Of a stretch of 38,334 nt of DNA, positions 18,755 through 27,685 are shown in pieces. Below the pieces are notes generated by a model. It ran no database searches, was not told the origin of the DNA, and saw only the letters and a list, made by a program, of their open reading frames with translations. Both the position numbers and the translations under genes were made by a program. The stretch covers positions 1 to 38,334 of the forward strand of contig JBDKRY010000154.1 in the NCBI GenBank assembly GCA_039683155.1. Reading direction: 5' to 3'. How positions within the stretch are numbered: position 1 is the first letter of the stretch; each line of letters opens with the position of its first letter. This DNA is from Proteiniphilum sp. (GTDB lineage Bacteria; Bacteroidota; Bacteroidia; Bacteroidales; Dysgonomonadaceae).

Positions 18755-19368
18755 ATGAAAAGAAAAATCTACAACAGTTTAGTTGAATGGAAAAATAAAC
18801 CGGGTCGAATGCCATTGATTGTCAACGGAGCGCGTCAGGTTGGGAAGACTTATATTTTACAGGAGTTTGGAAAGCGGGAATTTGATAATTATATTATAGT
18901 CAATCTCGAAACTGATAAACCCTTATTGGAACAATTCGAGGTGAATATCACACCGACACCCATCATTCAATACTTGGAAACAATTCATTCAAAGCGCATT
19001 ATTCCGGGAAAAACGCCGATTATTTTGGATGAAATTCAGGCTTGTGAGAGAGCGTTAAAACAGATACCCCGTTCATGGGAGCGATCGCGGAAAACTATGT
19101 AGCACAAGCATTCACCGCAAATTTAATACCATTATTCTATTGAAAAAACGACAATACCGCCGAGGTTGACTTTGTCATCCAAAAAGGGGCTGATTTGATC
19201 CCTGTTGAAGTAAAAAGCGGTACACAAGTTCGCTCCAAAAGCATGGGAATATTTATGAAAAAGTATAAATGCTCCTACGGTATCCGCTTATCTAAGAAGA
19301 ATTTCGGATTTGAGAATGGGATAAAATCGGTACCATTATATGCAGCATTTTGTATTCATACAAATTAG
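18755..19368 (+). pseudogene. AAA_14/DUF4143 ATPase pseudogene (large internal deletion, frameshift, nonsense codon)
   Basis: N-part GARQVGKT...ILDEIQACERALK jumps at ~19060 into another frame reading GAIAENYVAQ...LFY*KNDNTAEVDFVIQ...PVEVKSG...VPLYAAFCI. TGA at 19141-19143 replaces the conserved Trp. Confidence 0.85.
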
Positions 19369-19369
19369 T

Positions 19370-19516
19370 CAAAAAATTATCGGTCGGTTAAGCGATTTGT
19401 CATTGGAAACAGGCGTTATAATAAGCTCCATCATTCTTCCTAAGACGAAATGGGAAAATCGCCCGTTCAAAACACCTTTTTATCTGAACGTAATGAACGA
19501 AGGAATTGTGTTATGA
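19370..19516 (+). pseudogene. C-terminal remnant of a minimal nucleotidyltransferase (MNT antitoxin)
   Basis: Manual translation QKIIGRLSDLSLETGVIISSIILPKTKWENRPFKTPFYLNVMNEGIVL*. The PFYxNVxxEGIxL end is typical of MNTs. Stop overlaps the HEPN start (ATGA). No start codon or GSxARG motif. Confidence 0.7.
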
Positions 19517-19845
19517 GAGAAGAGCTAACGGAAGAAATGATAACCGCACTTGTGGCGTACCGCTTGGAACGGGCAAAAGACACTGTTCAGGAAGCAGTGG
19601 ATATGCTCGAAAAAGATCATTACAATGCAGCCGTAAACCGCTTATATTATGCCTGTTATTATGCAGTATCGGCATTACTTGTAAAAAATAACATTCAGGC
19701 GCATACACATTCCGGTGTAAAGCAAATGTTTGGAATGAGCTTTATTGTAAACGGTAAACTTCCTCGAACTTATAATATTACCTATACGGAGCTTTTTGAC
19801 AAGCGACACAGCGGCGATTACGATGACTTTAAGTTCATCCGCTGA
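19513..19845 (+). pseudogene. HEPN domain protein (COG1895-like), probably C-terminally truncated
   Basis: AVNRLYYACYYAV, THSGV and RHSGDY motifs. Ends 7 residues after DY, lacking the final helix. Confidence 0.7.
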
Positions 19846-19856
19846 TTCTATCACAG

Positions 19857-19891
19857 TCTTGGCTCTTGGCTCTTGATTCTCAGCTCTTTGG
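19857..19891. repeat. 5 x TCTnnnn heptamer run
   Basis: tcttggc tcttggc tcttgat tctcagc tctttgg. Confidence 0.65.
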
Positions 19892-19955
19892 TTCTGCATA
19901 AATTTTCATCTATATCTTAGATATAGATGGCATACAGCAACTCATTTTTTTCTTC

Positions 19956-20043
<88 letters not shown>

Positions 20044-20114
20044 CTGAAAAACATCTGTCTCTCCCTTCAACAAATCTGTGTGAAGGATATCTGAATCATC
20101 CCCGAATGCGCGTG

Positions 20115-20204
20115 CAAAGGTAAAACTATTTTCGGAAAGAAAAACATTACACCCGGATAATTTTGTGAGTGGCTGCAGAAAATCAATTATTCGTCGTATC
20201 TTTG
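20115..20204. promoter_or_regulatory. Divergent -7 promoter elements for tRNA-Ser (20115-20122, -) and the DEAD helicase (20197-20204, +)
   Basis: TACCTTTG on minus, TATCTTTG on plus. Confidence 0.6.
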
Positions 20205-20223
20205 TACAAATAAGGATTTAAAG

Positions 20224-22062
20224 ATGCAATTTACCGAACTTTCACTTTGCGATGCCCTCCAGGAAGGCCTGGAGGCAATGAATTTTACAGAAACAACACC
20301 TGTGCAGGAACTGGCGATCCCGGTGATCCTGGAGAAGAAGGATGTGATTGCCTGTGCCCAGACCGGTACCGGAAAGACTGCAGCCTTTTTACTGCCACTA
20401 CTGAATAACCTGCAGACGGAACCACACGCCGAAAACAAGGTGAACGCCATCATCATGGCTCCCACACGCGAACTGGCACAACAGATAGACCAACATATGG
20501 AAGGTTTTTCATACTTCACCCCCTTCTCTTCGGTGGCGGTATACGGCGGAAACGACGGCGATGCATGGGACGTACAGAAAAGAGGACTGCTGAGCGGTGC
20601 CGATGTGGTGATCGCCACCCCCGGGAGGCTGCTGTCGCACATCAACCTGTATAACATCGATTTTTCCGGTGTGAAGTATTTTATTCTTGATGAGGCGGAC
20701 AGGATGCTCGACATGGGCTTCTATGACGATATTATGAAGATAGAAAAGCTATTGCCGAAAGAACGTCAGACAATCATGTTCTCGGCCACCATGCCGCCCA
20801 AGATACAGCAGCTGGCAAAAACCATCCTGCGCAATCCCGAAGAGATATCCATTGCCATTGCCCGTCCCCCGGAGACCATTCTGCAGTCGGCCTACCTCTG
20901 TTACGATAACCAGAAGCTGGGTATCCTGAAGCATCTCTTTACGGAGAGGAAACCAAACAAGGTGATCCTTTTCTCCGGTTCAAAACAGAAGGTGAAGGAT
21001 ATTGCCAGGACACTGCACAAAATGGGACTGTCGGCGGGTGAGATGCACTCCGACCTTGATCAGGCGCAACGGGATCATGTGATGCATGAGTTCAGGAACG
21101 AAAGGGTAGATATCCTGGTGGCTACCGACATTGTGGCACGGGGGATTGATATTGACGACATCACGCTGGTGATTAATTATGATGTGCCGTATGATGCCGA
21201 AGACTACGTACACCGTATCGGCCGTACTGCACGTGCGGGCGACTCGGGCATGGCCATCACGTTTGTCTCACCCTCGGAACAGTACCGTTTCTCGCTGATA
21301 GAAAAATTTCTTCAAAAAGAGATTCACAGGATCCCGGTGCCGGCGGAGCTGGGGGAAGCGCCTGCATACAACCCGACCCGCGAGAGCGGTCAACGCGGGG
21401 GCTCCAACCGTTCTGCGAAGGGCGGGAAAAAGAAGGAGGGAAAACAATCCGGAAGAGTTGAAAAAACGGAGAGACCGGGGAAATCCGAAAGTGCAGAAAC
21501 AAAGACTACCCATTTGGACGCAGGGGTACAGTCCGGAAACCGGAAAAAAAGAACCCCACAAAGCCCCGATGAAGCCGGAGATAACCGGAAAGCCCATAAA
21601 GAACAGCATCGGAGCGAGGCCGGGGAACCACGGGAAAACCGGGGACAGGGAAAACCACACAGGCAGAGAGAAGCCGGGGAACAAGGCGTTTCACAGGCCC
21701 GGGGAACTTCACAGACCACTGTAACTTCGCAGGCTTCCGACAAACCCCGGGAACAAAAAACTTCAGGAGAAAAACGGGCTCCGGAAAAACAAGGTACGCC
21801 CGGAAAACAAGGTACGCCCGGAAAACAAAGAGAAAAGAGACAACAACCGGAACAAAGAGCTCCCCGTGCACAAAACAGGCAAAACAAGGAGGCCGCTATC
21901 ACCGGCGATGTTCAAAAAAGAGTGGTGGTGCGAAAATCATCGAACCCACAAAACACAGCATCGAAACAGGCTGGAGATAAGCCGGCTGCAACACAGGGCA
22001 AAACCGGCAAGCCGGAGACCGGCAAAAAGAAATGGAGCTGGTGGCCTTTCGGGAAGAAATAA
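20224..22062 (+). CDS. DEAD-box RNA helicase with long low-complexity C-terminal tail
   Basis: All helicase motifs lie in the first ~380 aa, followed by a ~230-aa K/R/E/Q/G-rich tail. Confidence 0.93.
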   Translation: MQFTELSLCDALQEGLEAMNFTETTPVQELAIPVILEKKDVIACAQTGTGKTAAFLLPLLNNLQTEPHAENKVNAIIMAPTRELAQQIDQHMEGFSYFTPFSSVAVYGGNDGDAWDVQKRGLLSGADVVIATPGRLLSHINLYNIDFSGVKYFILDEADRMLDMGFYDDIMKIEKLLPKERQTIMFSATMPPKIQQLAKTILRNPEEISIAIARPPETILQSAYLCYDNQKLGILKHLFTERKPNKVILFSGSKQKVKDIARTLHKMGLSAGEMHSDLDQAQRDHVMHEFRNERVDILVATDIVARGIDIDDITLVINYDVPYDAEDYVHRIGRTARAGDSGMAITFVSPSEQYRFSLIEKFLQKEIHRIPVPAELGEAPAYNPTRESGQRGGSNRSAKGGKKKEGKQSGRVEKTERPGKSESAETKTTHLDAGVQSGNRKKRTPQSPDEAGDNRKAHKEQHRSEAGEPRENRGQGKPHRQREAGEQGVSQARGTSQTTVTSQASDKPREQKTSGEKRAPEKQGTPGKQGTPGKQREKRQQPEQRAPRAQNRQNKEAAITGDVQKRVVVRKSSNPQNTASKQAGDKPAATQGKTGKPETGKKKWSWWPFGKK

Positions 22063-22617
22063 TTATTCCGCCTGCTGTTCCTGCTGCACAATCTCCATGC
22101 CCCGCAGAATAGCCTCTTCATTCATGGGCAAGAGTTTATGATGCCGCTCGGGTAGTGATTCTTTCAGTCCTTTCATGACATTCTCGAGCTGTACCATGGG
22201 TGCTATTTTGAGCAATCCTCCCAGCACGATCATGTTGAAGACCCTGTCATTGTTCATCTTCATAGATTCGTCCATGGCGTTCACCCGGTAAACATTGATA
22301 TCTTTCCGCTCCACCTTTTTGTGAATGCCGTATCCATCGTAGATCAACGCTCCGCCGGGTTTTACACGCCCTTCGAATTTCTCGAGCGAGGGCTGATTCA
22401 GCACGATGGCCACATCGTACTGATTCAGCACGGGCGAGCTGATGGGCTCATCGGAGATGATGACCGTGACATTGGCCGTGCCGCCCCGCTGCTCCGGCCC
22501 GTATGCCGGGAACCACGACACCTCCTTGTCTTCCATCATACCCGAGTAGGCAAGAATTTTCCCCATGGACAACACTCCCTGTCCTCCGAAACCTGAAATC
22601 ACTATTTCCTGTAACAT
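22063..22617 (-). CDS. 2-oxoacid:ferredoxin oxidoreductase gamma subunit
   Basis: SGFGGQGVL, YGPEQRGG, NMIVLG. Confidence 0.92.
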   Translation of the reverse strand: MLQEIVISGFGGQGVLSMGKILAYSGMMEDKEVSWFPAYGPEQRGGTANVTVIISDEPISSPVLNQYDVAIVLNQPSLEKFEGRVKPGGALIYDGYGIHKKVERKDINVYRVNAMDESMKMNNDRVFNMIVLGGLLKIAPMVQLENVMKGLKESLPERHHKLLPMNEEAILRGMEIVQQEQQAE

Positions 22618-22633
22618 GTTATCTTCTTTCTGT

Positions 22634-23395
22634 TTATCTATTTTTTAAATCACCGATGGGATATACCGGGAACATGTTTTCCACCATCCAGTCGTTGGCC
22701 GCGGCAGGAGTCATTTTCCACCCCGCGTTGCAGGTGGATACAACCTCCACGATGGACGTCCCTTTTCCGGCCATTGAATTTTCAAAAGCGAGCTTGATCA
22801 TCCGCCGGGTTTTCTTCACTGCGGCAGCAGTATGAACGCTGACACGTGTGGCCAGGCAAACGCCGTCGAGCAGCGCCAGCAAGTCGAGGATCTTCAGAGG
22901 GTTGCCCATGGTCTGCACGTTGCGTCCATCGGGCGAGGTGGATGTCTTCATATCTTTCAGCGTGGTGGGTGCCATCTGGCCGCCTGTCATCCCGTAGATG
23001 CCGTTGTTGATGAAGATAATGGCGATGTTTTCACCCCGGTTGGCAGCATGAATGGTTTCCGCCGTACCAATGGCGGCAAGGTCACCGTCGCCCTGGTAGG
23101 TGAACACCAACTTGTCGGGCATCAGCCGCTTGACAGCAGTGGCCAGCGCGGGCGCACGACCGTGTGCTGCCTCCTGCCAGTCGATATCGATATAATTATA
23201 GGCGAACACGGCACAACCCACAGGGGCAATGCCGATGGTTTTCTCCTGCAGTCCCAGCTCCTGAATGACTTCGGCAACTTCCTTATGTACTACGCCATGT
23301 GAACATCCGGGGCAGTAATGCATGTAGTTGTTGTTCATGAGTGCCGGTTTGGCATAGGCCAGATTCTCCGGACGTATAATTTGATTTATATCCAT
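22634..23395 (-). CDS. 2-oxoacid:ferredoxin oxidoreductase beta (TPP-binding) subunit
   Basis: YCPGCSHG, HGRA, GDGD...NNGIYGMTGGQ. Confidence 0.92.
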   Translation of the reverse strand: MDINQIIRPENLAYAKPALMNNNYMHYCPGCSHGVVHKEVAEVIQELGLQEKTIGIAPVGCAVFAYNYIDIDWQEAAHGRAPALATAVKRLMPDKLVFTYQGDGDLAAIGTAETIHAANRGENIAIIFINNGIYGMTGGQMAPTTLKDMKTSTSPDGRNVQTMGNPLKILDLLALLDGVCLATRVSVHTAAAVKKTRRMIKLAFENSMAGKGTSIVEVVSTCNAGWKMTPAAANDWMVENMFPVYPIGDLKNR

Positions 23396-23399
23396 ACAA

Positions 23400-23561
23400 T
23401 TATTTTTTTGCGAATCGGTAGATGAGATAAAATATAATCGCGGCTCCCCCGAAATACCAGGTTAGTTTCATGTTCTGTGCAGACGTAAAATAGACGATAA
23501 CGGTTCCTGCGAATGCCAACAGGAAGAGGATCAGAAATATATTTCTGGTTTTTGGATCCAT
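23400..23561 (-). CDS. Small (53 aa) two-TM membrane protein inside the oxidoreductase operon
   Basis: Manual translation MDPKTRNIFLILFLLAFAGTVIVYFTSAQNMKLTWYFGGAAIIFYLIYRFAKK*. Fills the alpha-beta gap; absent from the ORF track, apparently because of its size. Confidence 0.8.
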   Translation of the reverse strand: MDPKTRNIFLILFLLAFAGTVIVYFTSAQNMKLTWYFGGAAIIFYLIYRFAKK

Positions 23562-23574
23562 GACAGGGTTTGTT

Positions 23575-24657
23575 TTATTGGATAACTTTTTCTTTCAATG
23601 CCGCCAGTACTCCTTCGGGAGTGGGAACGATACCGCCCATGCGGCCGTAATGGGCGACCGGTATTTGTCCGTTCACTGCCAGACGCACCTCTTCCACCAT
23701 CTGTCCGGCGTTCAGTTCTACCGTGAGCATCCCTTTCACCCTGCCGCCATAGGCATGCAGCACTTTCACAGGAAAGGGCCATAGTGTGATGGGGCGCAAC
23801 AAGCCTACTTTGAGACCTCCCTGTCGTGCCAGGTCGATGGCCTTCAGGCAGATACGCGACGAAGAGCCGAAGGCTACCAGCAGATAGTCGGCATCTTCGC
23901 ATTTCACCTCCTCATAGCGCACCTCAGCCGCCTCCACCTCGCGGTACTTGGCCTGGAAGCGTTCGTTGTTTTTCTCCATCACTACCGAGTCGAGCTCCAG
24001 CGAGGTGATGATGTTGGGCTTCCTGTCGGGTGTCTTGCCAAGCGTAGCCCAGGGACATTGTTCACGTATTTCCTGCTCGGTTCTGCGACGACGCCAGGCA
24101 GGCAGCTTCACCTTCTCCATCATCTGTCCGATCACACCGTCGCTCAGTATCATGGCCGGGTTGCGGTACTTAAAGGCAAGTTCGATGGCCAGTCCCACGA
24201 AATCAGCCATCTCCTGCACCGAGTTGGGAGCCAGTGTGATGAGCCTATAGTCTCCGTGTCCGCCACCCTTTACCGCCTGAAAATAGTCGGCCTGCGACGG
24301 CTGGATGGTGCCCAGGCCGGGGCCGCCGCGCTGCACGTTCACGATGAGTGCCGGCAGCTCTGCTCCGGCAAGGTAGGAGATGCCCTCCTGCATGAGGCTG
24401 ATGCCGGGGCTTGAAGAGGTGGTCATGGCGTACTTGCCGCAGGCGGCACCGCCATATACCATATTGATGGCAGCCACTTCGCTCTCGGCTTGCAGGACCA
24501 CCATTCCCGTGGTCTTCCAGGGAGCGGCCTCCATCAGGGTTTCAATGATTTCAGACTGGGGCGTGATGGGATAACCGAAGTAACCGTCCACACCGTAACG
24601 GATAGCCGCATGGGCGACGGCCTCGTTTCCCTTCATCAATGCTATTTCTTCAGACAT
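23575..24657 (-). CDS. vorB: 2-oxoacid:ferredoxin oxidoreductase alpha subunit (VorB-type)
   Basis: MKGNEA, FGYPITPQSE, QAESEVAA, SSSPGISL, QRGGPGLG. Confidence 0.88.
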   Translation of the reverse strand: MSEEIALMKGNEAVAHAAIRYGVDGYFGYPITPQSEIIETLMEAAPWKTTGMVVLQAESEVAAINMVYGGAACGKYAMTTSSSPGISLMQEGISYLAGAELPALIVNVQRGGPGLGTIQPSQADYFQAVKGGGHGDYRLITLAPNSVQEMADFVGLAIELAFKYRNPAMILSDGVIGQMMEKVKLPAWRRRRTEQEIREQCPWATLGKTPDRKPNIITSLELDSVVMEKNNERFQAKYREVEAAEVRYEEVKCEDADYLLVAFGSSSRICLKAIDLARQGGLKVGLLRPITLWPFPVKVLHAYGGRVKGMLTVELNAGQMVEEVRLAVNGQIPVAHYGRMGGIVPTPEGVLAALKEKVIQ

Positions 24658-24697
24658 ATTCTTCTTTTTACGTGTTGTTTTTCAAATGAATAAAAGA

Positions 24698-24928
24698 TTA
24701 TCCCACCTTCATCTTGTAAACTGTCAGACATCCGTCGGGACATACATATCCGCAGTTAACGCACCCGATGCAACCATCGGCATCCTTCAGATACACATAA
24801 TGATAACCGCGGTCGTTTACTTCACGCGGCTCCAGCTCGAGCACATCTGTGGGGCAAGATACCACACAGAGATCGCAGCCCTTACACCGGTCCGTGTCTA
24901 CCGTTACATAACCAATAAATTTTGCCAT
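24698..24928 (-). CDS. 2x[4Fe-4S] ferredoxin (delta subunit)
   Basis: CKGCDLCVVSCP and CIGCVNCGYVCP. Confidence 0.93.
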   Translation of the reverse strand: MAKFIGYVTVDTDRCKGCDLCVVSCPTDVLELEPREVNDRGYHYVYLKDADGCIGCVNCGYVCPDGCLTVYKMKVG

Positions 24929-25084
24929 TTCAGGAGTGGTTTTTTAATTTTTACAAATATACCTTTTGTTTTTTAAGCATTCAATTTTTAGATGTTAATT
25001 TTTGAGGCAAAGGAGTTGCCGGCGTTGTTTTTTACCCATCGAAAATAAAAGCTTTGATCTTTTTTAAATCGTAGTTGATAGCAC

Positions 25085-25846
25085 TCATAAAGAATGATGG
25101 TGAATGCTTTTGCTGATAAGGATATATATTTCTTTCATCTGCGGATCGGTGAGCAGCGACAGATGGCTGCGCATCACCGCTTCATCGAAACGTATGGCAG
25201 GTCCCGTCTGGGCTGCCTGCGGCGTCATCTCCGTCACTTTGGCGGCAGTCTCGGTGATGAGGGGTATCAGTACTTCGAAAGGGATAGCTTCTTTTCCGGT
25301 GATCTCAGACGCCAGTGTGTACATATGATTCACGAAGTTGCACGCGTAAACGGCGGCCAGGTGCAGATAACGCCGCTTTTCCCCGGACAGGCAGCGGACA
25401 TTGCGGGAGAGGGTACAGGCCAGCTCTTCCAGCAAAAGGGTTGTGGCGGGGCTGCTCCCCTCAATGAAGACGGGGATGGATGCAAAATCTATTTTCCGGT
25501 GCTTGCTGAAAGTCTGCAGGGGGTATATCACGCCATATTCCGTCTTGCGCGCGGCAAAGAGCTGCATGGGCAGGCTTCCGGCAGTATGTGCCCAAACGCC
25601 GCCGGTCTGCGGCATTTGCTGAATGACGGCGGGCAGGACATCATCCTTCACGGAGAAGAGATAAAGGTCGGCAGTCGGACTGATCTGCGCCAGCTCATTG
25701 ATGGGCGTTGCCCCTGTTTTGCCGGCAAGCAGCGTCGCACTTTCCATCGTTCTGCTGTATACCTGGACAATCTCGTTGCCCGCCACTTTGCATGCTTCGG
25801 CCAAATGAGTCGCCAGATTTCCCGCTCCAATAAAAACAATTTGCAT
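25085..25846 (-). CDS. Rossmann-like and DUF2520 domain protein
   Basis: IGAGNLA, HTAGS, YPLQTFS, LHLAAVYACNFVNH, QTGPA.R.D. Confidence 0.88.
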   Translation of the reverse strand: MQIVFIGAGNLATHLAEACKVAGNEIVQVYSRTMESATLLAGKTGATPINELAQISPTADLYLFSVKDDVLPAVIQQMPQTGGVWAHTAGSLPMQLFAARKTEYGVIYPLQTFSKHRKIDFASIPVFIEGSSPATTLLLEELACTLSRNVRCLSGEKRRYLHLAAVYACNFVNHMYTLASEITGKEAIPFEVLIPLITETAAKVTEMTPQAAQTGPAIRFDEAVMRSHLSLLTDPQMKEIYILISKSIHHHSL

Positions 25847-25909
25847 CTCTACGCTTTTGGGTTTATTGCTGCCGGAGTTGCACCGGCATCACTTTTTTCC
25901 TACCTGTAT

Positions 25910-26398
25910 TTACGGTTTCCCGTCATTCACCGCTACCACTTTTACGCCTACCTTTTCGATGCCTGCCAGCGGATCATCCGTCATGGTCTGCCGGATGTGG
26001 ACAGCATAGGGACAGGTGGTAACGAGTGGCACTGAGGAAAGGTAAGGCAGCGACAGCTGGTTTAGTCCTCCTGCCCCGCTCCCCAACCATCGCCCGTAAT
26101 CGTCGGCAAGCCGGTAATGCAGCGTGTCACTCCGAAAGAGCGTATCCGTGAGATTCTGATTGATCTGCACCCATAAATCGCGGTACGGATAAGCCCGGTT
26201 TGTGGTGATCTCTATGGTCACATCATATCTTTTTGCCGGATGCAGTGCGACTGAATCCATACTGAAGACAAGCGTACTGTCACGATACCACCGGCCATTT
26301 TCGATATGGTGAAAACGGTAATAAACCTCTCCTTCCGCACAGGAGAGCAGGGAGGAGAACAGCAGCCCCGTCACAAGAAAGCGGATGCTACGCATCAT
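25910..26398 (-). CDS. gldH: GldH-family lipoprotein
   Basis: Lipobox LLSC after MMRSIRFLV, YPYRDLW, LADDYGRWLGSG. Directly downstream of ricT, as is typical in Bacteroidetes. Confidence 0.82.
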   Translation of the reverse strand: MMRSIRFLVTGLLFSSLLSCAEGEVYYRFHHIENGRWYRDSTLVFSMDSVALHPAKRYDVTIEITTNRAYPYRDLWVQINQNLTDTLFRSDTLHYRLADDYGRWLGSGAGGLNQLSLPYLSSVPLVTTCPYAVHIRQTMTDDPLAGIEKVGVKVVAVNDGKP

Positions 26399-27608
26399 GC
26401 TCTCCGGAAGGGCGGTCGCTAAGCAGGTTTCTGTTGCCCGACGGATCATTGGGACGTCTTCTGCGGGGATTTCTTCTTTTCTTTGTCTGATTTTGCCGGT
26501 TGTCATCGAAACGGGTGATGCTTTGATCTGCAAGTATATCTCCGCTAAAGGATCCTTCTTTCACGGATTTTTCACCGGCGTCGGGGGTCAGCTTAAGCGG
26601 TTTCTTTCCTTGTTTATTCATCGCGATGATATCGAAAACGCGCTCTTTGGAGATCGTCACCAGGTTACTGCCATTAAACCGGTCGGTAGAATAGGTCATC
26701 ATTCCCGAGAAGATGTCGGTTTTGAAATGGAAATAATCGGAATCTTTTGTCTCCAGCACGATCTCACGCGAGGGCAGGCTGCGCTGTGCTTCCACATAGG
26801 CATCCACCTCGTAGTTCAGGCAGCACTTCAGCTTACCGCATTGTCCCGCCAGCTTCTGCGGGTTGATCGATAAATCCTGATAGCGGGCTGCTGAGGTGGA
26901 GACGGAGACAAAGCTCGACATCCAGCTGCTGCAGCACATCTCACGTCCACAGGGTCCAAGACCGCCGATGCGGCCTGCCTCCTGCCGGGAACCTATCTGT
27001 TTCATCTCTATCTTGACCCTGAATTCGCCGGCCAGTACTTTAATCAACTGACGGAAGTCGACCCGTTCATCGGCGATATAGTAAAAGATGGCTTTGTTTC
27101 CGTCGCCCTGATACTCTACGTCACCTATCTTCATCTGCAGGCCCAGTTCTTCGGCAATCTGGCGGGCACGGATCATGGTGGATTGTTCGCGCGCTTTTGC
27201 CTGTTCGTATTTCTCCAGATCGGCAGGCCGTGCAATACGATAGATGCGTTTAAGTCCCCCGTTGGCATCCTCCCGGAAGTTGTTCTTTTTCATCTGCAGC
27301 TCCACAAGCTTGCCGGTGAGGGTCACCGTACCGATATCGTGTCCGGGGACGGATTCCACAGCCACCAGGTCACCCAGACTCAGTTCAAGGTCGTTGCTGT
27401 TGATATAATATCCTTTGCGGGTATTTTTAAACTGTACCTCCACCATCTTCGAGAGATCCTGAAATTCAGGGAAATCGTGCAGCCAGTCGTAGATGTGGAG
27501 TTTATTATTATGCGGGGTGCAGCCCCGGCAGCTTTTTGTATTTCGTACGGTCGTCGTTTTAATGGGAACGATATCCGCCATTTTGTCTGATAGTAATTCC
27601 TTGTCCAT
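26388..27608 (-). CDS. ricT: PSP1/RicT (YaaT) family Fe-S regulatory protein
   Basis: VEVQFKNTRK, RVDFRQLIK, GGLGPCGREMCC, KLAGQCGKLKCCLNYE. Confidence 0.9.
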   Translation of the reverse strand: MDKELLSDKMADIVPIKTTTVRNTKSCRGCTPHNNKLHIYDWLHDFPEFQDLSKMVEVQFKNTRKGYYINSNDLELSLGDLVAVESVPGHDIGTVTLTGKLVELQMKKNNFREDANGGLKRIYRIARPADLEKYEQAKAREQSTMIRARQIAEELGLQMKIGDVEYQGDGNKAIFYYIADERVDFRQLIKVLAGEFRVKIEMKQIGSRQEAGRIGGLGPCGREMCCSSWMSSFVSVSTSAARYQDLSINPQKLAGQCGKLKCCLNYEVDAYVEAQRSLPSREIVLETKDSDYFHFKTDIFSGMMTYSTDRFNGSNLVTISKERVFDIIAMNKQGKKPLKLTPDAGEKSVKEGSFSGDILADQSITRFDDNRQNQTKKRRNPRRRRPNDPSGNRNLLSDRPSGEHDA

Positions 27609-27685
27609 ATATAAATTCGCACTGTTGAAACAGATTTGCGAGACTTTTTGATGATTAAAAATAAAACAGCATGCAAGTTACAAAA

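Noticed and set aside
19141-19143. In-frame TGA as possible recoding (Trp/Sec) in the ATPase
   Set aside because: TGA is used as a normal stop elsewhere in the window (pdxH, hisS, metF), and the gene is already broken by a deletion/frameshift.
25910-26398. gldH as evidence of gliding motility
   Set aside because: GldH homologues are routinely found next to ricT in non-gliding Bacteroidales; no other gld/spr genes are here.
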